From NCBI RefSeq assembly GCF_000014785.1, contig NC_008340.1, forward strand, positions 150,001-182,000: DNA of 32,000 nt, in the 5' to 3' direction. The notes under the pieces were generated by a model. The model was not told the origin of the DNA. It did not search any database and worked only from the letters and a program-made list of their open reading frames with translations. Below, piece by piece: positions 8,526 through 17,493 of the stretch. A program made the position numbers and the translations under genes. The DNA comes from Alkalilimnicola ehrlichii MLHE-1. Its GTDB lineage: Bacteria; Pseudomonadota; Gammaproteobacteria; Nitrococcales; Halorhodospiraceae. The first letter of the stretch is position 1, and each line of letters begins with the position of its first letter.

Positions 8526-10421
8526 TCAGGGTCGGGCCTTGGCCAGGAACTCGTCGAACATCAGCAGCGACCACAGCGCCGGGCTGTGGTCACGGGCGCC
8601 GCGGGTGTGTTCGTCCACCAGCCGGTTGAGAAAGTCCATGTCGAAGAGGCCGGACTCGCCGATGCGCGGGCCCAGCACCTGGTCGCGCACCCGCTGGCGC
8701 AACGGGCCGCGGAACCACTCGGCCACCGGCACCGCGAAGCCGCGCTTCTTCCGGTATAGCACCTCGTGGGGCAGGTGCGGCTCCATGGCCTTCTTCAGCA
8801 GGTGCTTGCCCTCGCTGCCGTTCAGCTTCATCTCCGGCGGCAGGCCCGACATCCACTCCACCAGCTTGTGGTCCAGGATCGGCACCCGGACCTCCAGGGC
8901 GTGGGCCATGCTGGCCCGGTCCACCTTGGTCAGGATGTCCCCCGGCAGGTAGGTCTTCATGTCCAGGTACTGCACCAGCGACAGTGGGTGATCGGTGGGC
9001 GCCTGTGCGGCGTGCCGGCGCAGCACGTCCACGGCGCTGTAGCCCTGCAGTTCGCTGCGAAAGCCGGACGAGAACAGGTGGCGGCGCAGGTCATCCCGCA
9101 GGATGGAGACCCCTTGGAAGTAGCCCTCCACCGCGTCCCGGGCCAGGGCCTGGAAGGTGGCCTTGGCGCGGAAGACCCGGGGCGCCCAGTCGGCCTTGGG
9201 GTAGACCCGCGCCAGGCTGCCGAACAGGCCCCGGCGCAGGCCCAACGGCAGCAGGCCGCGCAACCGCTCCTCGCCCAGGTGGTGGCGGTAGCGCCGGTAG
9301 CCGGCCAGGTTTTCGTCGCCGCCGTCGCCGGACAGGGCCACCACCACCTGGCGGCGGGCCTGCTCGCAGACCCGGTAGGTGGGCAGCGCCGAGCTGTCAG
9401 CGAAGGGCTCGTCGTAAAGCGCGCCCAATTTGCCCAGGAGGTCGAAGTCGTCCGGGTTGACCTGGTCCAGCCGGTGGGCGGTCCGGTAGCGCTCGGCGAC
9501 CATGCGGGCGTACTCCGACTCGTCGTAGCGCGGGTCGTCGAAGCCGATGGAACAGGTGCGCACCGGATCGGGGGAGAGGCCGGCCATCATGGCGACTACG
9601 GCGCTGGAGTCCACCCCGCCGGAGAGGAAGGCGCCCAGCGGCACCTCCGCCACCAGCCGGATCTCCACCGCCTCGCGCAGGCGCCGGACCAGCTCTTCGG
9701 CGGCCTCCGCCTCGCCCATGGCCGGCAGGGGTGCGAAGGGGACGTCCCAGTAGGCGCGACTGGCCGGCACCCCGCCCTGCCCGCGGCGCACGGTCAGGGT
9801 GTGGCCCGGGGGCAGCTTGTGCACCCCGGCAAAGATGCTGCGCGGCTCCGGCACGTAGCCGAACCCGAAGTACTCCTCCACCGCGCAGGGGTCGAGCTGG
9901 CGGGGCAGATCCGGGTGGGCCATGAGCGCCTTGAGCTCCGAGGCGAAGAGCAGGTGCCCGTCCGGCAGCGCCGCGTAGTAGAGCGGTTTGATGCCCAGCC
10001 GGTCACGGGCCAGAAAAAGGGTCTCGCGGTTGCGGTCCCAGAGGGCGAAGGCGAACATGCCGCGGAAGCGCTCCACGCAGGCCTCGCCCCACTCCTCCCA
10101 GGCGTGGACGATGACCTCGGTGTCGCAGTGGGTGCGGAAGGTGTGGCCGGCGCTCTGCAGTGTCCGGGTGAGCTCCGGGAAGTTGTAGATCTCGCCGTTG
10201 TAGGTCACCGCCACCGACCCGTCCTCGTTGAACAGCGGCTGCTGGCCGCTGGACAGGTCGATGATGGAGAGCCGCCGGTGGGCCAGGCCGACGCCGGGCT
10301 CGTGGTGCAGCCCGCCCTCGTCCGGACCCCGGTGGTACTGGGTCTGGTTCATGGCCTCGAGCAGCGGGACGTCTATCGGGCGCTGGGCCTGGAGATCGAA
10401 GATGCCGGTGATACCGCACAT
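8526..10421 (-). CDS. Asparagine synthase (glutamine-hydrolysing) family; XrtA/PEP-CTERM system amidotransferase 1 type
   Basis: 631-aa ORF starting MCGITGIF (N-terminal nucleophile Cys). Has HRGPD, RRLSIIDL, NGEIYNF and the PP-loop FLSGGVDSSAVVA. Confidence 0.9.
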   Translation of the reverse strand: MCGITGIFDLQAQRPIDVPLLEAMNQTQYHRGPDEGGLHHEPGVGLAHRRLSIIDLSSGQQPLFNEDGSVAVTYNGEIYNFPELTRTLQSAGHTFRTHCDTEVIVHAWEEWGEACVERFRGMFAFALWDRNRETLFLARDRLGIKPLYYAALPDGHLLFASELKALMAHPDLPRQLDPCAVEEYFGFGYVPEPRSIFAGVHKLPPGHTLTVRRGQGGVPASRAYWDVPFAPLPAMGEAEAAEELVRRLREAVEIRLVAEVPLGAFLSGGVDSSAVVAMMAGLSPDPVRTCSIGFDDPRYDESEYARMVAERYRTAHRLDQVNPDDFDLLGKLGALYDEPFADSSALPTYRVCEQARRQVVVALSGDGGDENLAGYRRYRHHLGEERLRGLLPLGLRRGLFGSLARVYPKADWAPRVFRAKATFQALARDAVEGYFQGVSILRDDLRRHLFSSGFRSELQGYSAVDVLRRHAAQAPTDHPLSLVQYLDMKTYLPGDILTKVDRASMAHALEVRVPILDHKLVEWMSGLPPEMKLNGSEGKHLLKKAMEPHLPHEVLYRKKRGFAVPVAEWFRGPLRQRVRDQVLGPRIGESGLFDMDFLNRLVDEHTRGARDHSPALWSLLMFDEFLAKARP

Positions 10422-10424
10422 GGC

Positions 10425-11633
10425 CTAGCCCCGCCTCCCCGGCACGGCCGGCAAGGGGTGTTCGGCCAGCGCCTGATCGTAGACCCTCATGTAGCCCTCC
10501 ACCATGGCCTCCATGCTGAATACCGCCTCCGCCCGGGCCCGCGCGGCCTCGCCCTCGCGCTGCCGCCGTTCCGGGTCGTCCAGGTAGGCCTGGAGGTGCC
10601 GGGCGAGGGTTGACGGATCGCCTGCCGGGACCAGCGTGCCGGTCTCGCCGGGCCGCACCAGGTCCGGGTTGCCGCCCACCTCGGTGGCGACCACTGGCAG
10701 CCCGCAGGCCATGGCCTCCAGGACGGTGTTGCAGATGCCCTCGGCGAGTGACGGCAACACGAACAGGTCCAGGGCGCGCATCACCGCCGCCACATCGTCC
10801 CGGGCGCCGGGCAGCCAGGCCTGATCCGCCACCCCGGCCTCCGCCAGCCGCCGGGCGACGCGCTCGCTCAGGGGGCCGTCGCCCACCAGCACCAGCCGCA
10901 GGCGGGGGAAGCGGGCGGGTGCCCGTTCGCGCAGCGCGATGAAGGCATCAACGAGATCCTCCGGGGCCTTGACCGCCTGCATGCGCATCACGCTGCCCAC
11001 CACCAGGCTGCCCTCCGGCGCGAAGCCGTCCGGCAGTGGCGAGGCCTCGTCCCGACGGCGGGGCCTGAAGCGGTGGGTGTCCACACCGTTGCAGACGTGG
11101 TGCAACCGCCCCTCCGGCACGCCGATGGCACCGGCCAGGTAGTCCAGCTGCTGGCGCGACAGGGCGATATAGCGCCCCACCAACGGTCGGGCCAGGCGGC
11201 GCATCAGGCGGTGTTTGGTGCGGGCGCCGTCGAGATCGCCGATATCCCAGCCGTGCTCACCGTGGATGCGTGCCCGCACGCCGGCCGCCGCGGCGGTGGC
11301 CTGGGCCTCCAGGGTGGCGAGGTTGCGGGTGTGGACGATGGCCGGGCGCAACGACCGCAGCAGCCGGTGCAGGCGCCGATGCACCCCCAGGTCCTTGCCC
11401 TCGCGCTTGTGCAGGGCGTGCAGGCTCACATCATCGCGGTGGATGCGCTGGCTGAAGTCGGTGTACCGGGTCATGCAGACGATGGCGTGGCGGTAGCGCT
11501 CGGCCGGCATGTGGTTGATCAGGTTGACCAGGCCGTTCTCCATGCCGCCCACGTCCAGGCGGTGGATGATATGGGCCACCAGCGGGCGCTCGTCGCCCGG
11601 GGCCGCCGTTGCCAGGGGGCGGGCCGCGCTCAT
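10425..11633 (-). CDS. Sugar transferase, PEP-CTERM/EpsH1 system-associated (stp2-like GT-B glycosyltransferase)
   Basis: 402-aa ORF. HIIHRLDVGGMENGLVNLINHMP is the hallmark N-terminal motif of this family as I recall it. C-terminus has EGICNTVLEAMACGLPVVATEVGGNPDLV. ATGA overlap with xrtA (11630..11633). Confidence 0.85.
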   Translation of the reverse strand: MSAARPLATAAPGDERPLVAHIIHRLDVGGMENGLVNLINHMPAERYRHAIVCMTRYTDFSQRIHRDDVSLHALHKREGKDLGVHRRLHRLLRSLRPAIVHTRNLATLEAQATAAAAGVRARIHGEHGWDIGDLDGARTKHRLMRRLARPLVGRYIALSRQQLDYLAGAIGVPEGRLHHVCNGVDTHRFRPRRRDEASPLPDGFAPEGSLVVGSVMRMQAVKAPEDLVDAFIALRERAPARFPRLRLVLVGDGPLSERVARRLAEAGVADQAWLPGARDDVAAVMRALDLFVLPSLAEGICNTVLEAMACGLPVVATEVGGNPDLVRPGETGTLVPAGDPSTLARHLQAYLDDPERRQREGEAARARAEAVFSMEAMVEGYMRVYDQALAEHPLPAVPGRRG

Positions 11634-13204
11634 GGTCCCGCCACGCCGTCGAGCAGGCGGAGCGCCTGGGGCAGGGCCTGCGCCGCGTACTGCGCCAATG
11701 CGGCCTCGGCCTCCGCGGGGTCGTTGCGGTAGTCGGCGTAGAGGACCACCAGGGCGGCGTCGTCCCGCCCGCCCAGCAGGCGGCTGAGGGCCTCTCGTGC
11801 CTTGACCTCGTGGCCGCTGGTGGTCAGCCGGCCACCCACCCAGTACCAGCGCCAGGCCACCACCCGGCGGCCATCCGGGCCGGAGAGCAGCACCCGGTCG
11901 CCCTGCCGGTCGATGCCGGGCACGGCGGTCCGGCCGCCGCTGTGCTGTCGCCAGTCGTCGCGGTGACGGCCGGCCAGGGTGTTGGCCCAGCCGACCATGT
12001 TGCCGTGGCGGTGCTGGGCGCGATAGTAGTCGATGTGGAGGCCAACGGCGTGCCCGGCCTCCTCCTGGACGACCAGGCCGCCGCGGCTGGCGCGGGCGTT
12101 ACGGTAGCCGGGGGTCCAGGGCTCGGCGTCGGCCTCGCTCGCGGCCTGCCAGCCCTCGACCAGCAGCGGGCCACTGCCCAGGCCCTGCACTTCGCCCAGG
12201 TCCCGGTGGTTCATCCAGCCGGCATAGAGTGGGCCGCTGACAGTGAGCAGCAGCGCCAGGGCGGTGGCGGTGACCAGGCGCCCGGTGCGGGGCGCGGGCT
12301 CGGCTACCCCGGTGCCTGGCGTCTTGTCCCCGCTGTTCTGGCCTGTGGACAGGTGGTCTTCCCGCCAGAGGGCCCCGATCAGGAACATCAACAGGATGAC
12401 CACCCCGAAGAAGACCCAGCCATAGAGTAGGTGGTCCACCCCGGCGGCCAAGCGCATGTCGCTCAGGTGGCCGATCATCACGATGCCGTAGGCGCGCAGC
12501 CAGTTGGCAACGATGGGCACGAGGATGGCGATGGCCACGAAGATCAGCCGCCGGGTCCAGCTTCGGTACATGAGATAGGCGAACAGGGTGCCCAGGGCCA
12601 CCGAGGCGATCAGGTAGCGCACGCCGCTGCAGGCGGCCACCACCGACCAGCGGCCGGTGGGCAGGTCGAAGAACAGGCCGTCCCGGTAGACCGGGACCCC
12701 GGTGAGGCGGATGGCGCCCACCGTGAAGTCGGCGGTCCAGATCATCATCGGCTCCACCATGAATTCGCCGAAGGGTACGGCGAACAGCAGGTAGGCCAGC
12801 GGGAACTGCAGCCGGCGGGTGATCTCGCCGCCGAGCACCAGCCAGACCAGGGCCGGGACCATCAGCACGGCGGCGAACTGGCGCACCGAGATGACATCCA
12901 CCAGCTCGCCCATCACCCACATCAGGGTGATCAGCACCAGCGGGATGACGGCCAGCAGGCAGGGCCGGGGCTGCAGAGACGCCAGCTCATGGCGCAGGCG
13001 GAAGACCAGGAAGGCCACGATGGGGACGATGAGAAACCCGTGGGCGAAGGTCTCCGAGCGCTGCCAGGTCTCCACCATGCTGGTGAAGGTGGGGAAGAAC
13101 GCCACCAGCAGCGCGGTCAGCGCTACCGCCATGGCGGTCAGCGCCCGGGGCCAGCCCGGTGCCGGGTGCACCGCCCCGGCGCCCTGCGACCACTCAACGG
13201 CCAT
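11630..13204 (-). CDS. xrtA: Exosortase A (XrtA/EpsH) fused to an EpsI-family domain
   Basis: 524-aa polytopic ORF. Exosortase catalytic signatures AACSGVRY (Cys192/Arg196), VANWLRAYGIVMIGH (Asn233/Arg236/His246) and WQRSETFAHGFLI. After a linker and an extra TM helix (aa ~307-325, nt ~11630..12286) comes an EpsI-like domain with AWRWYWVGGRLTTSGHEVKA. Confidence 0.9.
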   Translation of the reverse strand: MAVEWSQGAGAVHPAPGWPRALTAMAVALTALLVAFFPTFTSMVETWQRSETFAHGFLIVPIVAFLVFRLRHELASLQPRPCLLAVIPLVLITLMWVMGELVDVISVRQFAAVLMVPALVWLVLGGEITRRLQFPLAYLLFAVPFGEFMVEPMMIWTADFTVGAIRLTGVPVYRDGLFFDLPTGRWSVVAACSGVRYLIASVALGTLFAYLMYRSWTRRLIFVAIAILVPIVANWLRAYGIVMIGHLSDMRLAAGVDHLLYGWVFFGVVILLMFLIGALWREDHLSTGQNSGDKTPGTGVAEPAPRTGRLVTATALALLLTVSGPLYAGWMNHRDLGEVQGLGSGPLLVEGWQAASEADAEPWTPGYRNARASRGGLVVQEEAGHAVGLHIDYYRAQHRHGNMVGWANTLAGRHRDDWRQHSGGRTAVPGIDRQGDRVLLSGPDGRRVVAWRWYWVGGRLTTSGHEVKAREALSRLLGGRDDAALVVLYADYRNDPAEAEAALAQYAAQALPQALRLLDGVAGP

Positions 13205-14447
13205 GACTCGCCTCCAGCGCCAGGTCGCCGGCGACTCCCGGTGCCGCCTCTTCGCCGTCCAGGAGCGCGTCGAGCTGGGCCAGGTTGCGATCCCAGTCGT
13301 AGTCGGCGAGCACCCGCTCGCGCGCCGACTTTCCCAGGATCGGGTCGGGGTCGGTCAGTTGCGCGGCCACCCGGGTGGCGAAGGCCTCCGGCTCGTCCCA
13401 CGCCAGCAGCAGGTCCTCGCCGGGGCGGGCGGTGAGCCCCTCCAGCGCCTGGGGGGTGGCCACCACCGGCCGGCCCAGGGCCATGGCCTCCAGTACCTTG
13501 TTCTGCACCCCGCGGGCGATGCGCAGCGGTGCCACCGCCAGCGCCGCGTGCTGAATCCAGGGGCGCACGTCGTCCACGAAACCGGTGACCGTGACGCCGG
13601 GGCGCTGGGCCAGCGCCAGCACCCGCGGCGCCGGCCGGGAGCCCACCACGTGGAATTGCAATCCGGGGAGCCCGGCCTGCAGCCGGGGCAGGACCGCCTC
13701 GGCGAACCAGCAGGCCGCGTCCACGTTGGGCCAGTAGTCCATGGCCCCGGTCAGCACCACGGTGCGGGTGCCGGGTGGGTAGGGCGAGGGGCGTTGCGGG
13801 TCGGGGGCGAAGAAGCGGGCGTCGACGCCGTTGTTGAGGGCGTGCACCCGGCCGGTGCTCTCCGGGGCGAAGCCGCGGAAGCTCTCCGCCTCGGCCGGCG
13901 AGACGAACAGACTGGCGTCACTGGCGGCGGCCAGGCGGCGCTCGTAAGCCAGCAGCCGGCGGCCCTCGCGGCGATAGAGGGCGCTCATGGGCCAGCGCTT
14001 GCTGGCGGCGTACTGGGTCCACTTGTCCGAGTCTACGTCCACGAAGTCCACCACCCGCAGCAGCTCGCCGGCCCTGTCGGGCAGGTACTGGCCCATGGCC
14101 GAGGAGAAGACCAGCGCCCGGCGGATGCGGTGGCGCGCGAGGGTGTCGTCCACCCAGTCCTGGAGGGTGCGGTCGCGGTACCAGGGCAGGGTCAGCGGCT
14201 CGCCGGTGAGCAGCCCGGTGAGGGCCCGGGTGCGGGCCCGGCTGGCGGGGAGCGGACGGGCGCAGACGCTGGCGCAGAGTCGTTCCAGCTCCGGCACGTG
14301 GGCCTGGTCCGCCGGGTCGTCCACGAAGGTGCCCAGGTGTACCCGGTAGCGCCCGGCCAGGTGGCGCAGGATATGGTAAGAGCGGATCTTGTCGCCCTTA
14401 TTGGGGGGCCAGGGGATGCGGTGGACCAGAAACAGCACGTCTTCCAT
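13194..14447 (-). CDS. Sugar transferase, PEP-CTERM/EpsH1 system-associated (stp1-like GT-B glycosyltransferase)
   Basis: 417-aa ORF. LFLVHRIPWPPNKGDKIRSYHILRHL is the hallmark N-terminal motif of this family. C-terminal GVQNKVLEAMALGRPVVAT. Confidence 0.85.
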   Translation of the reverse strand: MEDVLFLVHRIPWPPNKGDKIRSYHILRHLAGRYRVHLGTFVDDPADQAHVPELERLCASVCARPLPASRARTRALTGLLTGEPLTLPWYRDRTLQDWVDDTLARHRIRRALVFSSAMGQYLPDRAGELLRVVDFVDVDSDKWTQYAASKRWPMSALYRREGRRLLAYERRLAAASDASLFVSPAEAESFRGFAPESTGRVHALNNGVDARFFAPDPQRPSPYPPGTRTVVLTGAMDYWPNVDAACWFAEAVLPRLQAGLPGLQFHVVGSRPAPRVLALAQRPGVTVTGFVDDVRPWIQHAALAVAPLRIARGVQNKVLEAMALGRPVVATPQALEGLTARPGEDLLLAWDEPEAFATRVAAQLTDPDPILGKSARERVLADYDWDRNLAQLDALLDGEEAAPGVAGDLALEASHGR

Positions 14448-14451
14448 CGGC

Positions 14452-15504
14452 TTACCCCAGGTTGCGGACCACGTAGGGGCCGATGGCGTTGGCCACCGGC
14501 AGCGGCAGGCGCTGCCACCAGCGGATCAGCCGCTGGTACTTGGGGTTAAGCGGGTTGTTGTCCGGCACGGCATCGCCCCGGTGGAGCTCAAACTCGTAGT
14601 GGAGCGGCTCGGGCTCGAACCCCCAGTTCTTCTTGAAGCTGAAGGAGCCGGTCCCGCGCTTGCTGCGGCCGAAGTCGAACAGCCGGTAGCCGGCCTCGCA
14701 ACCCCGGCGCATCAACTCCCAGTACATGAAGTCGTAGCCGGCCACCTCGCGGGCGAGCGGGGTGCCGCCGCCGTAGTAGGGCAGCACCTCGTCGCGGAAG
14801 TAGAAGCTGAGCACGCTGGCCACCGGCTGGCCGTCGCGGGTGACCGTGAGGTATTCACAGTCGTCGCCGAAGACCGCCTTCAGGATGCGGAAGTAGCGGC
14901 GGCTGAAGACCGGGGTCCCCATGCGGTGCACGTTGCCGGCGTAGACGGGGAAGAAACGGGTCTCGTCGGTATCCACCTCGCTGGTCAGCCCGGCCTTGAT
15001 GCCCTTGCGCACCATCCGCCGCTGCTTGCGGGGGATGGCGTTCATGTTGGCCTCCACCTCCGGCTCGATGGGCTTGCGGAAGGTGACGTACAGGTCCTTG
15101 GTCGGCCAGTCCGGGTGGTAGGGACGGCGGTGCCGGTATTCCAGGTGGTCGACCCCCTGGTCGGCCGCCTCGGCGCGGGCGGCCTCGTCCAGGGCCCGGG
15201 CCGCACCGGGGTCGTCGGCGACGATGCCGCCGTAGACACAGAAGGGCAGCGAGACCAGCGAGTGGCCGAAGAGCAGGCTCTTCACCCGGGCCAGGGGCAG
15301 CACCCCGACGATTTGCCCCTCGCGCTCGGCGAACAGGAACAGCGTGGGGTGGCCGAAGGCGCGCCGGATCACCTCCGCCCAGCCAGCGCGGTGGAAAAAG
15401 GTGGCCTCCGGGCAGGCGGTCACGTAGGCGTCCCAGCGTGGGATCGCCTCCGGGGTGAGGGTGCAAACCTGTACCGTCGTGCCTTGCAGGGTGTCGGGCG
15501 CCAT
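14452..15504 (-). CDS. FemAB-family protein, PEP-CTERM system-associated
   Basis: ORF 14452..15522 starts at a TTG in the track. I prefer ATG 15504 (MAPDTLQGTTVQV...), which has a GGAG SD 8 nt upstream. Family-typical segments: FFHRAGWAEVI, GVLPLARVKSLLFG, FRDEVLPYYGG, FDFGRSKRGTGSFSFKKNWGFEP. Confidence 0.85.
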   Translation of the reverse strand: MAPDTLQGTTVQVCTLTPEAIPRWDAYVTACPEATFFHRAGWAEVIRRAFGHPTLFLFAEREGQIVGVLPLARVKSLLFGHSLVSLPFCVYGGIVADDPGAARALDEAARAEAADQGVDHLEYRHRRPYHPDWPTKDLYVTFRKPIEPEVEANMNAIPRKQRRMVRKGIKAGLTSEVDTDETRFFPVYAGNVHRMGTPVFSRRYFRILKAVFGDDCEYLTVTRDGQPVASVLSFYFRDEVLPYYGGGTPLAREVAGYDFMYWELMRRGCEAGYRLFDFGRSKRGTGSFSFKKNWGFEPEPLHYEFELHRGDAVPDNNPLNPKYQRLIRWWQRLPLPVANAIGPYVVRNLG

Positions 15505-15518
15505 GGGGTGCGGCTCCG

Positions 15519-16451
15519 TCAAGCGAGTTCAGGCGCGGCGGCTGGCGGCGTGGCCTGCTGTGGTTCGCCGGCAAGGGCACTGGCGTAGACCTGGTCCATC
15601 CGGTCCCAGCGGAAGTCGTGCAGCAACCGCTCCAGCCGCGCCTCCATGCGGTGCAGATTGAGGTAGTGGCGAAAGCGGGTCTTCAGGCCGATGCCCGGGA
15701 TCCGGGGCTGGCCGGGGTCGATCTCCCAAGGGTGGAAGTAGAAGACCGCCGGCTGGCCCTCGACGCGGTTGATGCGGTTCAGCGCGCCGCGGGAGGCCGC
15801 GTAGGGCAGCAGCCGGAAGTAGCCGCCGCCCGCGGCCGGAAGATTGCGCCCGGCCAGTGCCAGGGTGGCGGGGGGCAGCTCCAGGATACCGCCGCGCCCG
15901 GTGGGGCGGTGCGGGTGGCGCGGTGCCTCCGGCATGCCGTAGTGGTCGTGGCGCACCGGGTAGATGCTGGAGCTGTAGCGGTGCCCGGTCTCCGCCAGCA
16001 CCTCCAGGGCCCAGAGGTTGCTCCGGCCGATGGAGAAGCTGGGGGCGCGATAGCCCTTGACGGCGACCCCGCCGATGTCCTCCAGCAAGGCCTTGGCGCG
16101 GGTGATGTCGGCATGGAACTGGGCCGGGCCCAGGTCACTGACCCGTTCATGGCCGTAGCCGTGGCTGGCCAGCTCGTGGCCGCACTCGACGATGCGGCGC
16201 ACCGCCGCCGGGTAGCGCTCGGCGATCCAGCCCAGGGTGAAGAAGGTGGCCCGGGCATCCCGGCGCTCGAACAGAGCCAGGATCCGATCGAGATTGCGTT
16301 CCACCCGGCAGGCGCGGTGCGACCAGCTCTCGCGCGGGATGTGCGGCGCCAGCGCCGAGACCTGGAAGTAGTCCTCCACGTCCACGGTGAGGGCGTTCAC
16401 CACCCCCTGCATGTCGCTGACCTGGCGGCCTTGTCCCTGCCTAGTCGTCAT
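15519..16451 (-). CDS. Polysaccharide deacetylase, PEP-CTERM locus subfamily
   Basis: ORF 15519..16616 trimmed to ATG 16451 (MTTRQGQGRQVSDMQGVVNALTVDVEDYFQV...); the upstream 55 codons overlap the ATPase gene. NodB-type motifs TVDVEDYF, ATFFTLGW, ELASHGYGH. An alternative ATG at 16412 is possible. Confidence 0.85.
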   Translation of the reverse strand: MTTRQGQGRQVSDMQGVVNALTVDVEDYFQVSALAPHIPRESWSHRACRVERNLDRILALFERRDARATFFTLGWIAERYPAAVRRIVECGHELASHGYGHERVSDLGPAQFHADITRAKALLEDIGGVAVKGYRAPSFSIGRSNLWALEVLAETGHRYSSSIYPVRHDHYGMPEAPRHPHRPTGRGGILELPPATLALAGRNLPAAGGGYFRLLPYAASRGALNRINRVEGQPAVFYFHPWEIDPGQPRIPGIGLKTRFRHYLNLHRMEARLERLLHDFRWDRMDQVYASALAGEPQQATPPAAAPELA

Positions 16452-17490
16452 GGTGCTGCTCGTCCGGGTTGTGGTTTGGCGCCTCGCGCATGGCGGCGAG
16501 GATCTGGCGCGTGAGCTTGAAGTTATAGACCAAGTAGCGCTCGATGCGGTGCAGGCGCTTGTCCATCTGGTAGAGCGCCTCGTCGGCGTCATCGAGCCCG
16601 GGCAGCTCCAGGCCATTCAGGCCCCCGGCATCCTGCCCGTTCCGGTTCTTCGGCGCAGGGGCCGGTGCCGTTCCACCCCCCAGGTCATCCTCCAACTCAT
16701 TGATCACCGTCTCGGCCTGCTCCGGCCCCAAGGTGTGGCGCTCCTCCAGGAAGCCCATCAGGAACAGCCGGTCGCAGAAGGTGTTGACCCGCCGTGGGAT
16801 GCCGCCGGAATAATGATGGATGAGCGGCCAGATGGCCTCCTCGAAGCGGGGGTTGTCGGTCCACCCCACCTGCGCCAGGCGGTGCTCCACGTAGGCGCGG
16901 GTGTCCACCTCGTCCATGGGGCCGAGGTGGTAGGTGGCGATCACACGCTGGCGAAGCTGCTGCATGTTCTCGCTGCGCAGGATGCCCCGGAACTCCGGCT
17001 GCCCGAGTAGGAAGCTTTGTAGCAGCGGGCCGTCCTCGCCCTGGAAGTTGGAGAGCATGCGCAACTCCTCCACCGCGTCGTTGCCCAGGTTCTGGGCCTC
17101 GTCCACTACCAGCAGGGCCCGCTGTCCGCGCGCCCGGGTCCGCAGCAGGAACTGCTCCAGCCGTCGCAACTGACCGGCCTTGTCCGCCGGGGCGTCCTCC
17201 AGCCCGTAGGCCAGGCAGACCGAGCGGAGCAGGTTGTCGGCGTCCAGCTGGGTGCTCACGAGTTGGGCGGCCACCAGCGGCTTGCCGGAGAGGCTCTGGA
17301 AGAGGTTGCGCACCAGGGTGGTCTTGCCCGCGCCCACCTCGCCGGTGATGACGATGAAGCCCTCCTCCAACTGCACGCCGTACTCCAGGTAGGCCATGGC
17401 CCGGCGGTGCCCCTTGCTGCCGTAGAAGAACCGGGGGTCGGGGCTGAGGGCGAACGGCCGGGCCTGCAGTCCGTAGAAATCCTCGTACAT
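16441..17490 (-). CDS. XrtA/PEP-CTERM system-associated AAA ATPase (ExeA/GspA-like)
   Basis: 349-aa ORF. MYEDFYGLQARPFALSPDPRFFYGSKGHRRAMAYLEYGV, Walker A ITGEVGAGKTTL, Walker B LLVVDEAQNL. Confidence 0.9.
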   Translation of the reverse strand: MYEDFYGLQARPFALSPDPRFFYGSKGHRRAMAYLEYGVQLEEGFIVITGEVGAGKTTLVRNLFQSLSGKPLVAAQLVSTQLDADNLLRSVCLAYGLEDAPADKAGQLRRLEQFLLRTRARGQRALLVVDEAQNLGNDAVEELRMLSNFQGEDGPLLQSFLLGQPEFRGILRSENMQQLRQRVIATYHLGPMDEVDTRAYVEHRLAQVGWTDNPRFEEAIWPLIHHYSGGIPRRVNTFCDRLFLMGFLEERHTLGPEQAETVINELEDDLGGGTAPAPAPKNRNGQDAGGLNGLELPGLDDADEALYQMDKRLHRIERYLVYNFKLTRQILAAMREAPNHNPDEQHHDD

Positions 17491-17493
17491 GCC

